From positions 256,001 to 320,000 of the forward strand of contig CAXXUO010000003.1 of assembly GCA_963666485.2 (NCBI GenBank): a stretch of DNA of 64,000 nucleotides, read 5' to 3'. Origin of the DNA: Syntrophorhabdaceae bacterium (GTDB lineage Bacteria; Desulfobacterota; Syntrophorhabdia; Syntrophorhabdales; Syntrophorhabdaceae). Position 1 is the stretch's first letter; each line of letters begins with the position of its first letter. Position numbers and translations under genes: made by a program. Shown piece after piece: positions 12,486 through 21,143 of this stretch. The notes under the pieces are model-generated. The model did not search any database and was not told where the DNA came from. It saw only the letters and a list, made by a program, of their open reading frames with translations.

Positions 12486-15400
12486 TCACAGTGCCGTGAG
12501 TTCTATCAAGATATTTCTTATAAAATTCATAAGTTCGCCTTCACGAAGGTTGGTGTTTATCACGATCTGGCCTCCCGGGAGAAGCTTGATGTTCTTAGCC
12601 GGGTCCGTGGCCATGCCGAGGAGCTTCTGCATGTCAAGAGGGGTCTTCCCGGTGACATGCAAGGCTATCCGGTTTTTTACCTGTTCAACCTTGCGTATCC
12701 GTAAACGTATGAGCAGTGACTTGAGGGCTATCACCTCAAGAAGATTGACGAGCGGTTGAGGTATCGGGCCGTACCGGTCTTTGAACTCGTCCTGAAGGTC
12801 GCTGAGCTCGTCCTCGTGCCTTACGCGCGACAGGCGTTTGTACATGAGGAGCTTCTGCGTGGCGTCCTCGATGTAATTATCGGGTATAAACGCGTTGACG
12901 GGGATATTGATCTCCGTGGCCGCTTCTTCCTCGGGTGCGGTATCGCTCCCCGCATTTTTCATTTTATTGATCGTATCCTCGAGCATGTCGCAGTAAAGCT
13001 CGAAACCGATCAGGTTTACATTTCCCGACTGTTCCTTTCCGACAAGGTTCCCCGCGCCACGTATCTCGAGGTCGTAGTTGGCGATCTTAAACCCTGATCC
13101 GAGGTCGCTCAACTCTTCCAGTATCTTGAGCCTCAGGCGGGCGTCGCGCGTCAATACCTCCTCATCGGGGACGAGCAGGTACGCATAGGCCTGCCGGGGG
13201 CTTCTGCCGACACGGCCGCGCAACTGGTACAGGTCGGCAAGCCCCATCCTGTGGGCGTTGTTGATAAATATCGTATTGACGTTCGATATGTCGAGGCCGG
13301 ACTCGATTATGTTCGTCGACAGCAGGATATCATATTTCTTTTCAATGAAATCGACCATGACCTTTTCTAGTCTCGGGCCGCTCATCTGGCCGTGAGCAAC
13401 GGCTATGCGTGCATCGGGGACGATGCGGACCAGGTGGTCGTAGATCACGCCTATATTATGGATGAAATTGTGCACGAAAAAAACCTGGCCTGACCTCTGA
13501 AGTTCATTCCTGATGCCGCGCATTACGACGTTATCGTTGAATTTGACGACGGTTGTGCGGACGGCGTGGCGGTCGAGAGGCGCCGTGTCGATGACGCTTA
13601 AGTCCCTGATGCCGGAGGTGGCCATGTAGAGCGTCCTCGGGATCGGGGTAGCGCTCATTGACAGGACGTCGACCGTCTTGCGAAGCGTTTTGAGCTTCTC
13701 TTTGTGTTTTACGCCGAAACGGTGTTCTTCATCGATAATGACAAGACCGAGGTCGCGGAACGAAACATCCTTCTGCAAAAGCCGGTGCGTCCCCACAATG
13801 ACATCGATCGACCCTTTCCCGACGAGCTCCACCGTGTCTGCCTGCTGCTGCCGGGTCCTGAAACGCGAGAGGACGCCGATCACTATGGGATAATCGGCGA
13901 AACGCTCACTGAAGGTTTTGTAGTGCTGCTGTGCGAGGACGGTCGTCGGGACGAGGACGGCGACCTGCTTCCCATCGAGAACGGCCTTGAATGCCGCCCT
14001 TAAGGCCACCTCTGTCTTCCCGAACCCCACATCGCCGCAGACGAGCCTGTCCATTGGCTTTGGATGCCTCAGATCGGTCAGGACGTCGTTTATCGCATTG
14101 ATCTGGCCCTCGGTCTCCTCGTATTCGAAGCGGGATTCCATTTCCCGGAAAAGCTCGTCTTCGGGCGGGTAGCTGTGGCCTTCGGACATCTGGCGCTCGG
14201 CATATATCTCGAGGAGTTCGTCGGCTATATCCTCTATCTGGCGCTTTACCCTTTTTTTCGTATTGATCCATAGCTTAGACCCCAGTCGGTCTATCTTGGG
14301 CTTGGATTTCTCGCTCCCGATGAACTTTTGAACGAGATGCAGGTCTTCCACAGGGACGTAGAGCTTGTCGCCCCCGAGGTATTCAATAAGGAGGAAATCT
14401 TTCGTGTAATTGTTCACCGTGAGAGCGGTAATGCCCTGGTAAATGCCGATTCCGTGATCGACATGCACAACCCTTTCGCCTGTGTCGAGATCGCGAAACG
14501 TGGCGAGAAATTCGTCCTGGCTCTCCCATCTCCTCCTGACAACCCGTTTTTTGGGGCCGGCTATATCGTCCTCGGTGAGCACGATAATGTCGTCCGTCCT
14601 GAAGCCGCGCCTGATGGGCCCCTCTATGATCCCCCATTCCCGTGTCTTTTTCGGGTACCCTATCTTTGTAAGATACGGCAGCACGAGACCATAGTTCTCG
14701 AATATCTCCTGCAGGCGCCTCGCCTGGTGGGCGGTGTTCGCAAACAGGTAAACAAAGGGGTAATGCGACCATTCCTTCTGCAGTTTTTCCCGGAGTATAT
14801 GAAAGATGTGGGTCTTCCGGGCGTTGAAGAGCTGGCGAAGGTCGTCATTTGAGACCGCCCTGACCGCTTTTTCTTCATCGCCCGCTCCGACTATGCCTGA
14901 AAAATCGATCTGGCCTGACCTGCCAAGAAGCTCGTTCCATCGCAGGGCAATCCGGGGGTCGGCATCCGTCAAGACCTCATCGATGCAGGACGTCCCCGGG
15001 TGCGCGAGCACGATCCGCTCATCGACGTAATCGATGATAGTTGCAGAGTCCTCGGAATCCTCATGCGTGAGGCTGCTCACGGCGATCTCATCGATCTCTT
15101 TGTCGGACCTTTGCGTTGCCGCGTTGAAATAGCGCAGCGAAAGTATCTGGTCCCCGAGGAATTCACACCGTACCGGTTTTTCCGATGCCGGGGGAAAGAT
15201 ATCGATAATGCTTCCGCGTTTTGCGTATTGCCCGGCCTCCCTGACGAGAGGGGCGAGTTCGAATCCCTTCGCCTCGAGGAACTCGTGAATCTCCTCGATA
15301 AAGATCTCCTGGCCGAGTGTGAGCTTCAGGGCATCGGCGGACATTGACCGGGGCACAGGCAGTGCGCGGGTGAGGGCGGCTGCCGGGAAAAGCCCGATGA

Positions 15401-15674
15401 AGTTCTCGTCGGCAGTTATCCGGTAGAGAAAACCGTTCCTTTTTACCCTGTCCTCTTCCTCGAAAAAACGATCTTCATACGGGGGGAAGAATGCGACGTC
15501 TGTGCTGCCGTAATACGATATCTCTTCGCGCAGCAGTTCGGCTGATTCCTCGTCTTCATAGAGTACGAGGATCTTTTTGCGAACGTGGGCTATAAGAAAG
15601 GAGACGAACGAGCCGCCTTTGCCGGTGATATAGAGGCATTGGCTCGGGGAAATGTCGTACGAAGGTCTATTCAC
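12486..15674 (-). CDS. mfd: Transcription-repair coupling factor
   Basis: VVHVDHGIG (RID), GDVGFGKT, DEEH, QLRGRVGR, TRCF C-domain. Confidence 0.96.
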   Translation of the reverse strand: MNRPSYDISPSQCLYITGKGGSFVSFLIAHVRKKILVLYEDEESAELLREEISYYGSTDVAFFPPYEDRFFEEEDRVKRNGFLYRITADENFIGLFPAAALTRALPVPRSMSADALKLTLGQEIFIEEIHEFLEAKGFELAPLVREAGQYAKRGSIIDIFPPASEKPVRCEFLGDQILSLRYFNAATQRSDKEIDEIAVSSLTHEDSEDSATIIDYVDERIVLAHPGTSCIDEVLTDADPRIALRWNELLGRSGQIDFSGIVGAGDEEKAVRAVSNDDLRQLFNARKTHIFHILREKLQKEWSHYPFVYLFANTAHQARRLQEIFENYGLVLPYLTKIGYPKKTREWGIIEGPIRRGFRTDDIIVLTEDDIAGPKKRVVRRRWESQDEFLATFRDLDTGERVVHVDHGIGIYQGITALTVNNYTKDFLLIEYLGGDKLYVPVEDLHLVQKFIGSEKSKPKIDRLGSKLWINTKKRVKRQIEDIADELLEIYAERQMSEGHSYPPEDELFREMESRFEYEETEGQINAINDVLTDLRHPKPMDRLVCGDVGFGKTEVALRAAFKAVLDGKQVAVLVPTTVLAQQHYKTFSERFADYPIVIGVLSRFRTRQQQADTVELVGKGSIDVIVGTHRLLQKDVSFRDLGLVIIDEEHRFGVKHKEKLKTLRKTVDVLSMSATPIPRTLYMATSGIRDLSVIDTAPLDRHAVRTTVVKFNDNVVMRGIRNELQRSGQVFFVHNFIHNIGVIYDHLVRIVPDARIAVAHGQMSGPRLEKVMVDFIEKKYDILLSTNIIESGLDISNVNTIFINNAHRMGLADLYQLRGRVGRSPRQAYAYLLVPDEEVLTRDARLRLKILEELSDLGSGFKIANYDLEIRGAGNLVGKEQSGNVNLIGFELYCDMLEDTINKMKNAGSDTAPEEEAATEINIPVNAFIPDNYIEDATQKLLMYKRLSRVRHEDELSDLQDEFKDRYGPIPQPLVNLLEVIALKSLLIRLRIRKVEQVKNRIALHVTGKTPLDMQKLLGMATDPAKNIKLLPGGQIVINTNLREGELMNFIRNILIELTAL

Positions 15675-15701
15675 GGATGGTCATACCACGGGTGCAGATG
15701 T

Positions 15702-16292
15702 TCAAGGATCGGGCAATATAACGATATTTTTGTGGTATTCGCGGAGCACCACGCCGGGGAAGCCGCGGGGCGAATTCATCTTTTCGGGCGGCAGCGCCCG
15801 GGTCTTCCCGGGCCCTATATTATAGGCACGCAGTGCCGTCGTGACATCGTAGTAACGATGCACCAGTTCCGAGAAGACACGGACACCGATCTTTATGTTG
15901 GTGCCGGGATCATCGATGGTCTCGACCCCGTTCCATGTTATTCCCATATCCTGCGCCACGAATTTAGCGAAGGAGGGCTTGATCTGTAAAAGGCCGCGGG
16001 CACCCATCGACGACACAACATCATGCTGGAAGTTGGATTCTACCTTCATGAGGGCAAGAACGAGCCTGTAGTCGATCCCGTATTCACGCGAGGCGTTGTA
16101 TACCGTGCTGGAAATAGCGTTGAGATGCCTCGTTTCGATCTCTTCATTGCCGTTTCTGACATGTGCGGCTATATGGTGCCTGATGTTTCGTTGTTTCTCA
16201 AAGCCGGAGTAAAGAGCCAGTACCGGGATGCTAAGACAGATCAAGGCCATTGTCAGGAACGCGGCGAAACGCGCCTTGTACCAGGAAATCAT
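15702..16292 (-). CDS. Lytic transglycosylase (SLT domain)
   Basis: ALMKVESNF, GARGLLQI, AYNIG. Confidence 0.88.
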   Translation of the reverse strand: MISWYKARFAAFLTMALICLSIPVLALYSGFEKQRNIRHHIAAHVRNGNEEIETRHLNAISSTVYNASREYGIDYRLVLALMKVESNFQHDVVSSMGARGLLQIKPSFAKFVAQDMGITWNGVETIDDPGTNIKIGVRVFSELVHRYYDVTTALRAYNIGPGKTRALPPEKMNSPRGFPGVVLREYHKNIVILPDP

Positions 16293-16333
16293 AACTATTT
16301 CATATACAACAGATATTCGGGCCGTGTCAAACG

Positions 16334-16597
16334 GATGGGCGATAGGCTATGGGCAATAGGGGGGAACCACAACCCTTATTCCCGGCACCCATTAATAATT
16401 TCTGTCTTTTCTGTGGCCTATCGCCCATAGCCTATCGCCCATAGCCTATCGCCCATAGCCTATCGCCCATAGCCTATCGCCCATAGCCTATCGCCCATAG
16501 CCTATCGCCCATAGCCTATCGCCCATAGCCTATCGCCCATAGCCTATCGCCCATAGCCTATCGCCCATAGCCTATCGCCCATAGCCTATCGCCCATC
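16334..16597. repeat. 14-bp tandem array (CCTATCGCCCATAG)x12 plus a partial copy, with a short inverted arm
   Basis: Perfect copies 16417-16584, partial to 16596; inverted ~2-copy arm at 16334-16360. Confidence 0.96.
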
Positions 16598-16602
16598 TTC
16601 TA

Positions 16603-17040
16603 TTAACTTTTATAGAATGTTTTTCTCATGGTCAGCGTATTGATGGTACCCGAGGTTTCGTACGTGACCTCATCCATGACGGTATGCATGATGAAAAGCC
16701 CGAGCCCGTGGTCCGGGACGGTCTTGATATTGTGCGGGTCGAACGAGGGCCGTTCCGGAACGTACAGTGTCATTTGTTTTCCCGTGTCGCTTACCTTTAC
16801 GATGACCTCGTCCGTTGTATACGTAAAGGTGACATCCACGACATGGCCTTCCTCGCTCCCGTATGCATGCTGGATCGCGTTGTTTATCGCCTCCATGACG
16901 CACAATTCAAGATAATACGTATCGATATCGCTTAAGGCCAGGTATTTTGCCAATCCCCGGACCGTGAGCGATGCAACGGAGATGTTCTTGAATTTGCTGT
17001 CGATAAGCAGGCTTATCGTTTTCGGGGATTTCTCAGGCAT
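16603..17040 (-). CDS. RsbW/SpoIIAB-like anti-sigma factor Ser/Thr kinase
   Basis: EAINNAIQHAY, VSDTG, HGLGLFIM (HATPase_c_2). Confidence 0.9.
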   Translation of the reverse strand: MPEKSPKTISLLIDSKFKNISVASLTVRGLAKYLALSDIDTYYLELCVMEAINNAIQHAYGSEEGHVVDVTFTYTTDEVIVKVSDTGKQMTLYVPERPSFDPHNIKTVPDHGLGLFIMHTVMDEVTYETSGTINTLTMRKTFYKS

Positions 17041-17380
17041 ATTTTTCGTTGAGCGCCTGCACCGCTTCGCTCTGCGTCGCAAAAATGGTGAATACCCGGT
17101 TCATTCTCGTGAGATTGAAAAGCCTCATGACGGTTTCCCGTATGCAGCATATGACAAGGTCCCCTTCACCGTCGATGGTCTTGAGCGACGATACCATGAC
17201 GCCGAGACCGCTCGAATCGATGAAGTCTACGTCGGAAAGGTCGAGCACAATGAGCTTGTTGCCCTGGTTGATCGAGTCAACCATGCGTCCCTTGAATTCA
17301 ACAGAGACCGAGGCGTCGATCCTGCTGAGCCGGGGAATGACCACCAGTACCTTGCCGATCTTTTTTTCCTCTAATTCCAT
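17033..17380 (-). CDS. STAS anti-sigma factor antagonist
   Basis: VLDLSDVDFIDSSGLG. Confidence 0.93.
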   Translation of the reverse strand: MELEEKKIGKVLVVIPRLSRIDASVSVEFKGRMVDSINQGNKLIVLDLSDVDFIDSSGLGVMVSSLKTIDGEGDLVICCIRETVMRLFNLTRMNRVFTIFATQSEAVQALNEKYA

Positions 17381-17391
17381 GAACTGTCCTC

Positions 17392-18612
17392 CTATCTCGC
17401 GCGGTATATCCGTGGTTTCTCTTTCGCGGTGCGAGTGCCATACTCAATGGCAATGATCGAAATGTCGTCCGGGAAAGGCCGTCCCCGCGAGAAATCGGTT
17501 ATCGAACCAACAATCCCGTCCAGAAGTTCGCTTATCCCCTTGTGCCTGACGGACCGCAATGCCGCGTAGAACCGTTCTTCACCGAACATGTCATCATCCG
17601 GGTCCTGGCAATCAAGGATACCGTCCGTGAACAATATGACGCGGTCACCTTTTTCGAGCAGTATTTCGCCCTCCTCGAACGGGACGATCCCTCCAAGGCC
17701 GATTATTGTACCGCCTTTGTCAAGTATTTCGATCTGACCGTTCTTGTGGACAAGGACCGGCGGTGGGTGGGCCGCATTGCTGTATGTGAGGGTGCCCGTC
17801 ACCGTGTCGATGACGAGATATATGATTGTAAAATATCTGCCGAACCGTTCGATCGGGTATTCCCGGTCGAGTGATTCCATAAGTGCACGGGGTGATACGA
17901 TCCGGTAGCCGGGAGGCTCAGGTATCCTTTCTTTCGTCAAACCGTTGCCGTCGGGCTTCAGCACCTGGGAAACGGAAACTGTTATGAGTGCGGCCGGGAC
18001 CCCGTGTCCCGCAACATCGATCATATAAATGCCCACGCGGTCCTCATCGAGACGCATGACATTGAAGATGTCCCCGCCGATCATGTGGCTCGGCATAAAC
18101 CTCCAGGCGAACACGAGATTCTCTATGTCGGGAATCTGGTGGGGCAAAAGGCTTTGCTGAATTCCTGAAGCTGCATTGAGGTCATCGTCGAGGACCTTTT
18201 GCTTCTCGGTTAGCACCTTGTTGGCACGCTTTAATTCACAGGTCAGCCTGCTGATCTTGAGCTGGTTGTCAATGCGGGCGACGACCTCGGTCTTGTCGAA
18301 GGGTTTTGTGATGTAGTCGTTGCCGCCGCACTCGAGGCCCCGGACCTTGTCGGCCACATCCGACCTGCCTGAAAGGAAAATAACAGGCGTGTCGTCGTCC
18401 GCATCCCGAATTGTTTTGCAGACGGTAAAACCGTCAATGCCCGGCATGATGATATCGAGCAGGATAAGGTCAGGTTTGAAAGTATCTTTTTTTGCGAGGG
18501 CATCCTCGCCGCTAACAGCTTCTTCGACCTCGAAACGGGACGATGGCAATGCGCGCCTGAGCAGCACGCGGACGTCCTTGCTGTCGTCGACGACAAGAAT
18601 CTTGCTTTTCAT
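17392..18612 (-). CDS. Response regulator fused to a SpoIIE/PP2C phosphatase (RsbU-like)
   Basis: REC (ILVVDD, LLDIIMP, KPF) plus GGDIF, DVAGHG, FTDG, DDIS. Confidence 0.92.
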   Translation of the reverse strand: MKSKILVVDDSKDVRVLLRRALPSSRFEVEEAVSGEDALAKKDTFKPDLILLDIIMPGIDGFTVCKTIRDADDDTPVIFLSGRSDVADKVRGLECGGNDYITKPFDKTEVVARIDNQLKISRLTCELKRANKVLTEKQKVLDDDLNAASGIQQSLLPHQIPDIENLVFAWRFMPSHMIGGDIFNVMRLDEDRVGIYMIDVAGHGVPAALITVSVSQVLKPDGNGLTKERIPEPPGYRIVSPRALMESLDREYPIERFGRYFTIIYLVIDTVTGTLTYSNAAHPPPVLVHKNGQIEILDKGGTIIGLGGIVPFEEGEILLEKGDRVILFTDGILDCQDPDDDMFGEERFYAALRSVRHKGISELLDGIVGSITDFSRGRPFPDDISIIAIEYGTRTAKEKPRIYRAR

Positions 18613-18711
18613 GTACTGGTATAATACAGCCGATGCTGCGCACATTCCAAGCATTTTTGTAATAGAAGAACAACCACGGCTTTATTTTTCATTGAGGACT
18701 GCCTGACGAAC

Positions 18712-19551
18712 GTGTATGATTCATCTGTGGCCGACCTCTCATACCAGGAACAAAGAAAGGAAAAAAGGTTCGATATACGTTCCGTTAACATGCCTTTTCT
18801 GGGCAGCAGAGACCCGGACCATTCCAGCTTTCAATACCTCATACTGGACATCAGCAAAAGCGGCATCGGGTTTGCGATCCCGAAATGGGTCGTCAACAGG
18901 GAGGGTCTGAGAAAGGGCGATACGATACACTTCAACCTGCCGATCTTTGTTCAGGGCTCATTTTATAAACAGGGGGACCTTCTCTGGACGAGATGGGACA
19001 ACGACATCGAGGCGCAGGTATGCGGAGCATCGCTTCTCAAAACTGTGGCGCCCCTGTATCCGATCTATATCTCGCTCGATGCCGACTCAGTTTCGATCAG
19101 CCTCGAGGACTTCGCCGTTAAGGAAGACAACCTTGTATACCGGGTCCTGAAGGACACCGCGTTCCTGAAAAAAGGGGTGGAGATCTATATCGGTCACCTC
19201 ATACCCTTTTTTTCGCGCATAGCCAAATACCCGCCCGAAGAGTATCCGGAGTTGAAAGGCTTCCTCTTTTCGGATATCCGGGAACGGGTGACCGGGCATT
19301 TTGAAAAGCTCGAAAACCTTTACATGACCATCAATGCCGAGAAGGCAACACTGGAAGACCTGCCAAAATATATCGATCTCGAAGACCTGCGGTCCATTAT
19401 CGATTCAGAGGTATCCATCGACGTTTTCAGGGCAGTGTTTGCCGATGAGAACATAATGCCGTATCTCAAGGCCATAAAGGACCTCGAGCAAAAGCTGTTC
19501 TATAACTATAATATTATCGTTCTGCTCTATCTTCATTCCCTGGAATTGTAA
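18712..19551 (+). CDS. PilZ-domain protein
   Basis: RKEKR (RxxxR) and DISKSG (DxSxxG) c-di-GMP motifs; helical C-terminus. Confidence 0.75.
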   Translation: MYDSSVADLSYQEQRKEKRFDIRSVNMPFLGSRDPDHSSFQYLILDISKSGIGFAIPKWVVNREGLRKGDTIHFNLPIFVQGSFYKQGDLLWTRWDNDIEAQVCGASLLKTVAPLYPIYISLDADSVSISLEDFAVKEDNLVYRVLKDTAFLKKGVEIYIGHLIPFFSRIAKYPPEEYPELKGFLFSDIRERVTGHFEKLENLYMTINAEKATLEDLPKYIDLEDLRSIIDSEVSIDVFRAVFADENIMPYLKAIKDLEQKLFYNYNIIVLLYLHSLEL

Positions 19552-19710
19552 GGCGTAAGGCTTCTTGTACGATTCACCTGTCAAGAATTTTTAAAAAAGG
19601 CCGGATATCTCCCGAGATACCTGACGTTAACAAAGGCCGTCATTCCGGCTTGCCGGAATCCAGTGTCTTTGTCTTTTAACGTCTTACGCCTTACGCCCTC
19701 ACGCCTTACG
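19548..19710. repeat. ~160-bp composite repeat, copy 1 (GTAAGGC arms with an internal REP)
   Basis: Near-identical to 50184-50346. Confidence 0.9.
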
Positions 19711-19714
19711 ATAT

Positions 19715-20020
19715 TTATTCGTATACGATCTCGACGCGGGAGACGTAATCGGCCAGATCGCCGGCATGTACGAGGATAGCTGCCGCATCCTGGTTTTTTG
19801 CGGACTCCTCGATCATTCTGCCGATCTCCGTGATCCGGTCAAAGCCGTAGCCCCCGCCGCTGCCTTTCATGCTGTGGCCGAGGATCTTGATCTTGTCGAA
19901 ATCCCCCGCATCGCAGGCGTCTCTGATAGCGGAAACGTCTTCCTGCCTTCGCTCCAAGTAACCGGGTATGAGATCCTCCAGGTCCCTGTCGATCTTGACG
20001 GTGATGCGTTTCTCTTCCAT
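19715..20020 (-). CDS. Stand-alone Hpt phosphotransfer protein
   Basis: GHSMKGSGGGYGF Hpt motif; start at MEEKRI. Confidence 0.9.
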   Translation of the reverse strand: MEEKRITVKIDRDLEDLIPGYLERRQEDVSAIRDACDAGDFDKIKILGHSMKGSGGGYGFDRITEIGRMIEESAKNQDAAAILVHAGDLADYVSRVEIVYE

Positions 20021-20093
20021 ACCGATCCCTCGCTTAGTCGTTCTTGAACATATGCCGGGATCGCGGGCAGCAATGCCCGGGGCCCGTGCATAC

Positions 20094-21143
20094 CTAGCGG
20101 CCTGTGTTTTTGCCCGTCTTAGGACAGGCTCCGGAAAGTTTACGGGCATTGCGGATCACACTGACATACTCCTTATCCGTGCCCGACCCGATCCGCCAGT
20201 CTATCTCCTTGTTTGACTCGAACCAGGCGATGCCGCCTATGCCGAGTCCGGGCGCCTGACGGACAGCCTCAGCGATCCACTCCTTTTTATTGCCCCCTGC
20301 CGTCGCTGTGGACGTTTCGAAAACCATAACAGGCTTCGCTCTACCGCCACTCAGTTTCTTGAGCTCAGCTGCAGGCCGTGCAAATATGTCCGTGAAAGAC
20401 ATCCACCTGCTGTCCCATCCATGGGTCTGTTTTTTTTGCGTCGTCCCCCAGTTGTAGCCGTCGACCCCCAGCACGTCGACGTACTTATCACCCGGATAGT
20501 ACCGGGATATCGTGTTCCACCCGGCCGTGGCATCGAAGGATGTGTTAGGGACGCTCTCCGCGTTGGGGCAGAACACCCAGAGCACATTGCTCGCCCCCGC
20601 CCGCCTGAAAAGGTCTACGACATATCGGTGCATTTTCTGGTAAATGACGGGGCTTTCAGGCCCGTACTCTTTCTCCGCCGTGCCCCAGTGATATCTCTTG
20701 AGGTTCATTTCATGGGCGAAGCGTATCATAACGGGTTTTTTGGAAGCCTTCGCGCCGTTCGCAAAACGGAGGATGTAATCGTCATAACGGCCGCCAAGGA
20801 GCGCCTTGTGCGAGACGGCGACCTCTCTTCCGTCCTTGATATACATCGGCTCCCAGGTAATGACCGGTGTAGCTCCGGTTGCCGAGATCACGGCCGCGCT
20901 TTCGGCCGGGAACTGTCCGGAGGCTTGAGCGTCCGGCGCAGGCCATTGGAGGAAAAATACGACCATGTCCGGACTAAGCCCCGTGGAGGATTCAACAGCG
21001 TTGAGCCGGGCCTGTGTAACCGGGTATCCGTCTATGGCAAAGCCCCACGCGAAGGATTTAGGCCCGGCAGTCAGCGCGGCGGGGAAGATTGTCGCCGCCA
21101 GAAGGAAAATACTGAAGATGCCGAGCGCCCTGTAGACGGTCAT
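20094..21143 (-). CDS. Secreted GH26-family glycoside hydrolase
   Basis: Signal peptide, ITWEP, RFAHEMN, YYPGDKYVDVLGVDGYN, VFET. Confidence 0.88.
   Translation of the reverse strand: MTVYRALGIFSIFLLAATIFPAALTAGPKSFAWGFAIDGYPVTQARLNAVESSTGLSPDMVVFFLQWPAPDAQASGQFPAESAAVISATGATPVITWEPMYIKDGREVAVSHKALLGGRYDDYILRFANGAKASKKPVMIRFAHEMNLKRYHWGTAEKEYGPESPVIYQKMHRYVVDLFRRAGASNVLWVFCPNAESVPNTSFDATAGWNTISRYYPGDKYVDVLGVDGYNWGTTQKKQTHGWDSRWMSFTDIFARPAAELKKLSGGRAKPVMVFETSTATAGGNKKEWIAEAVRQAPGLGIGGIAWFESNKEIDWRIGSGTDKEYVSVIRNARKLSGACPKTGKNTGR

Noticed and set aside
16417..16596. Possible CRISPR array
   Set aside because: Head-to-tail 14-mers without spacers
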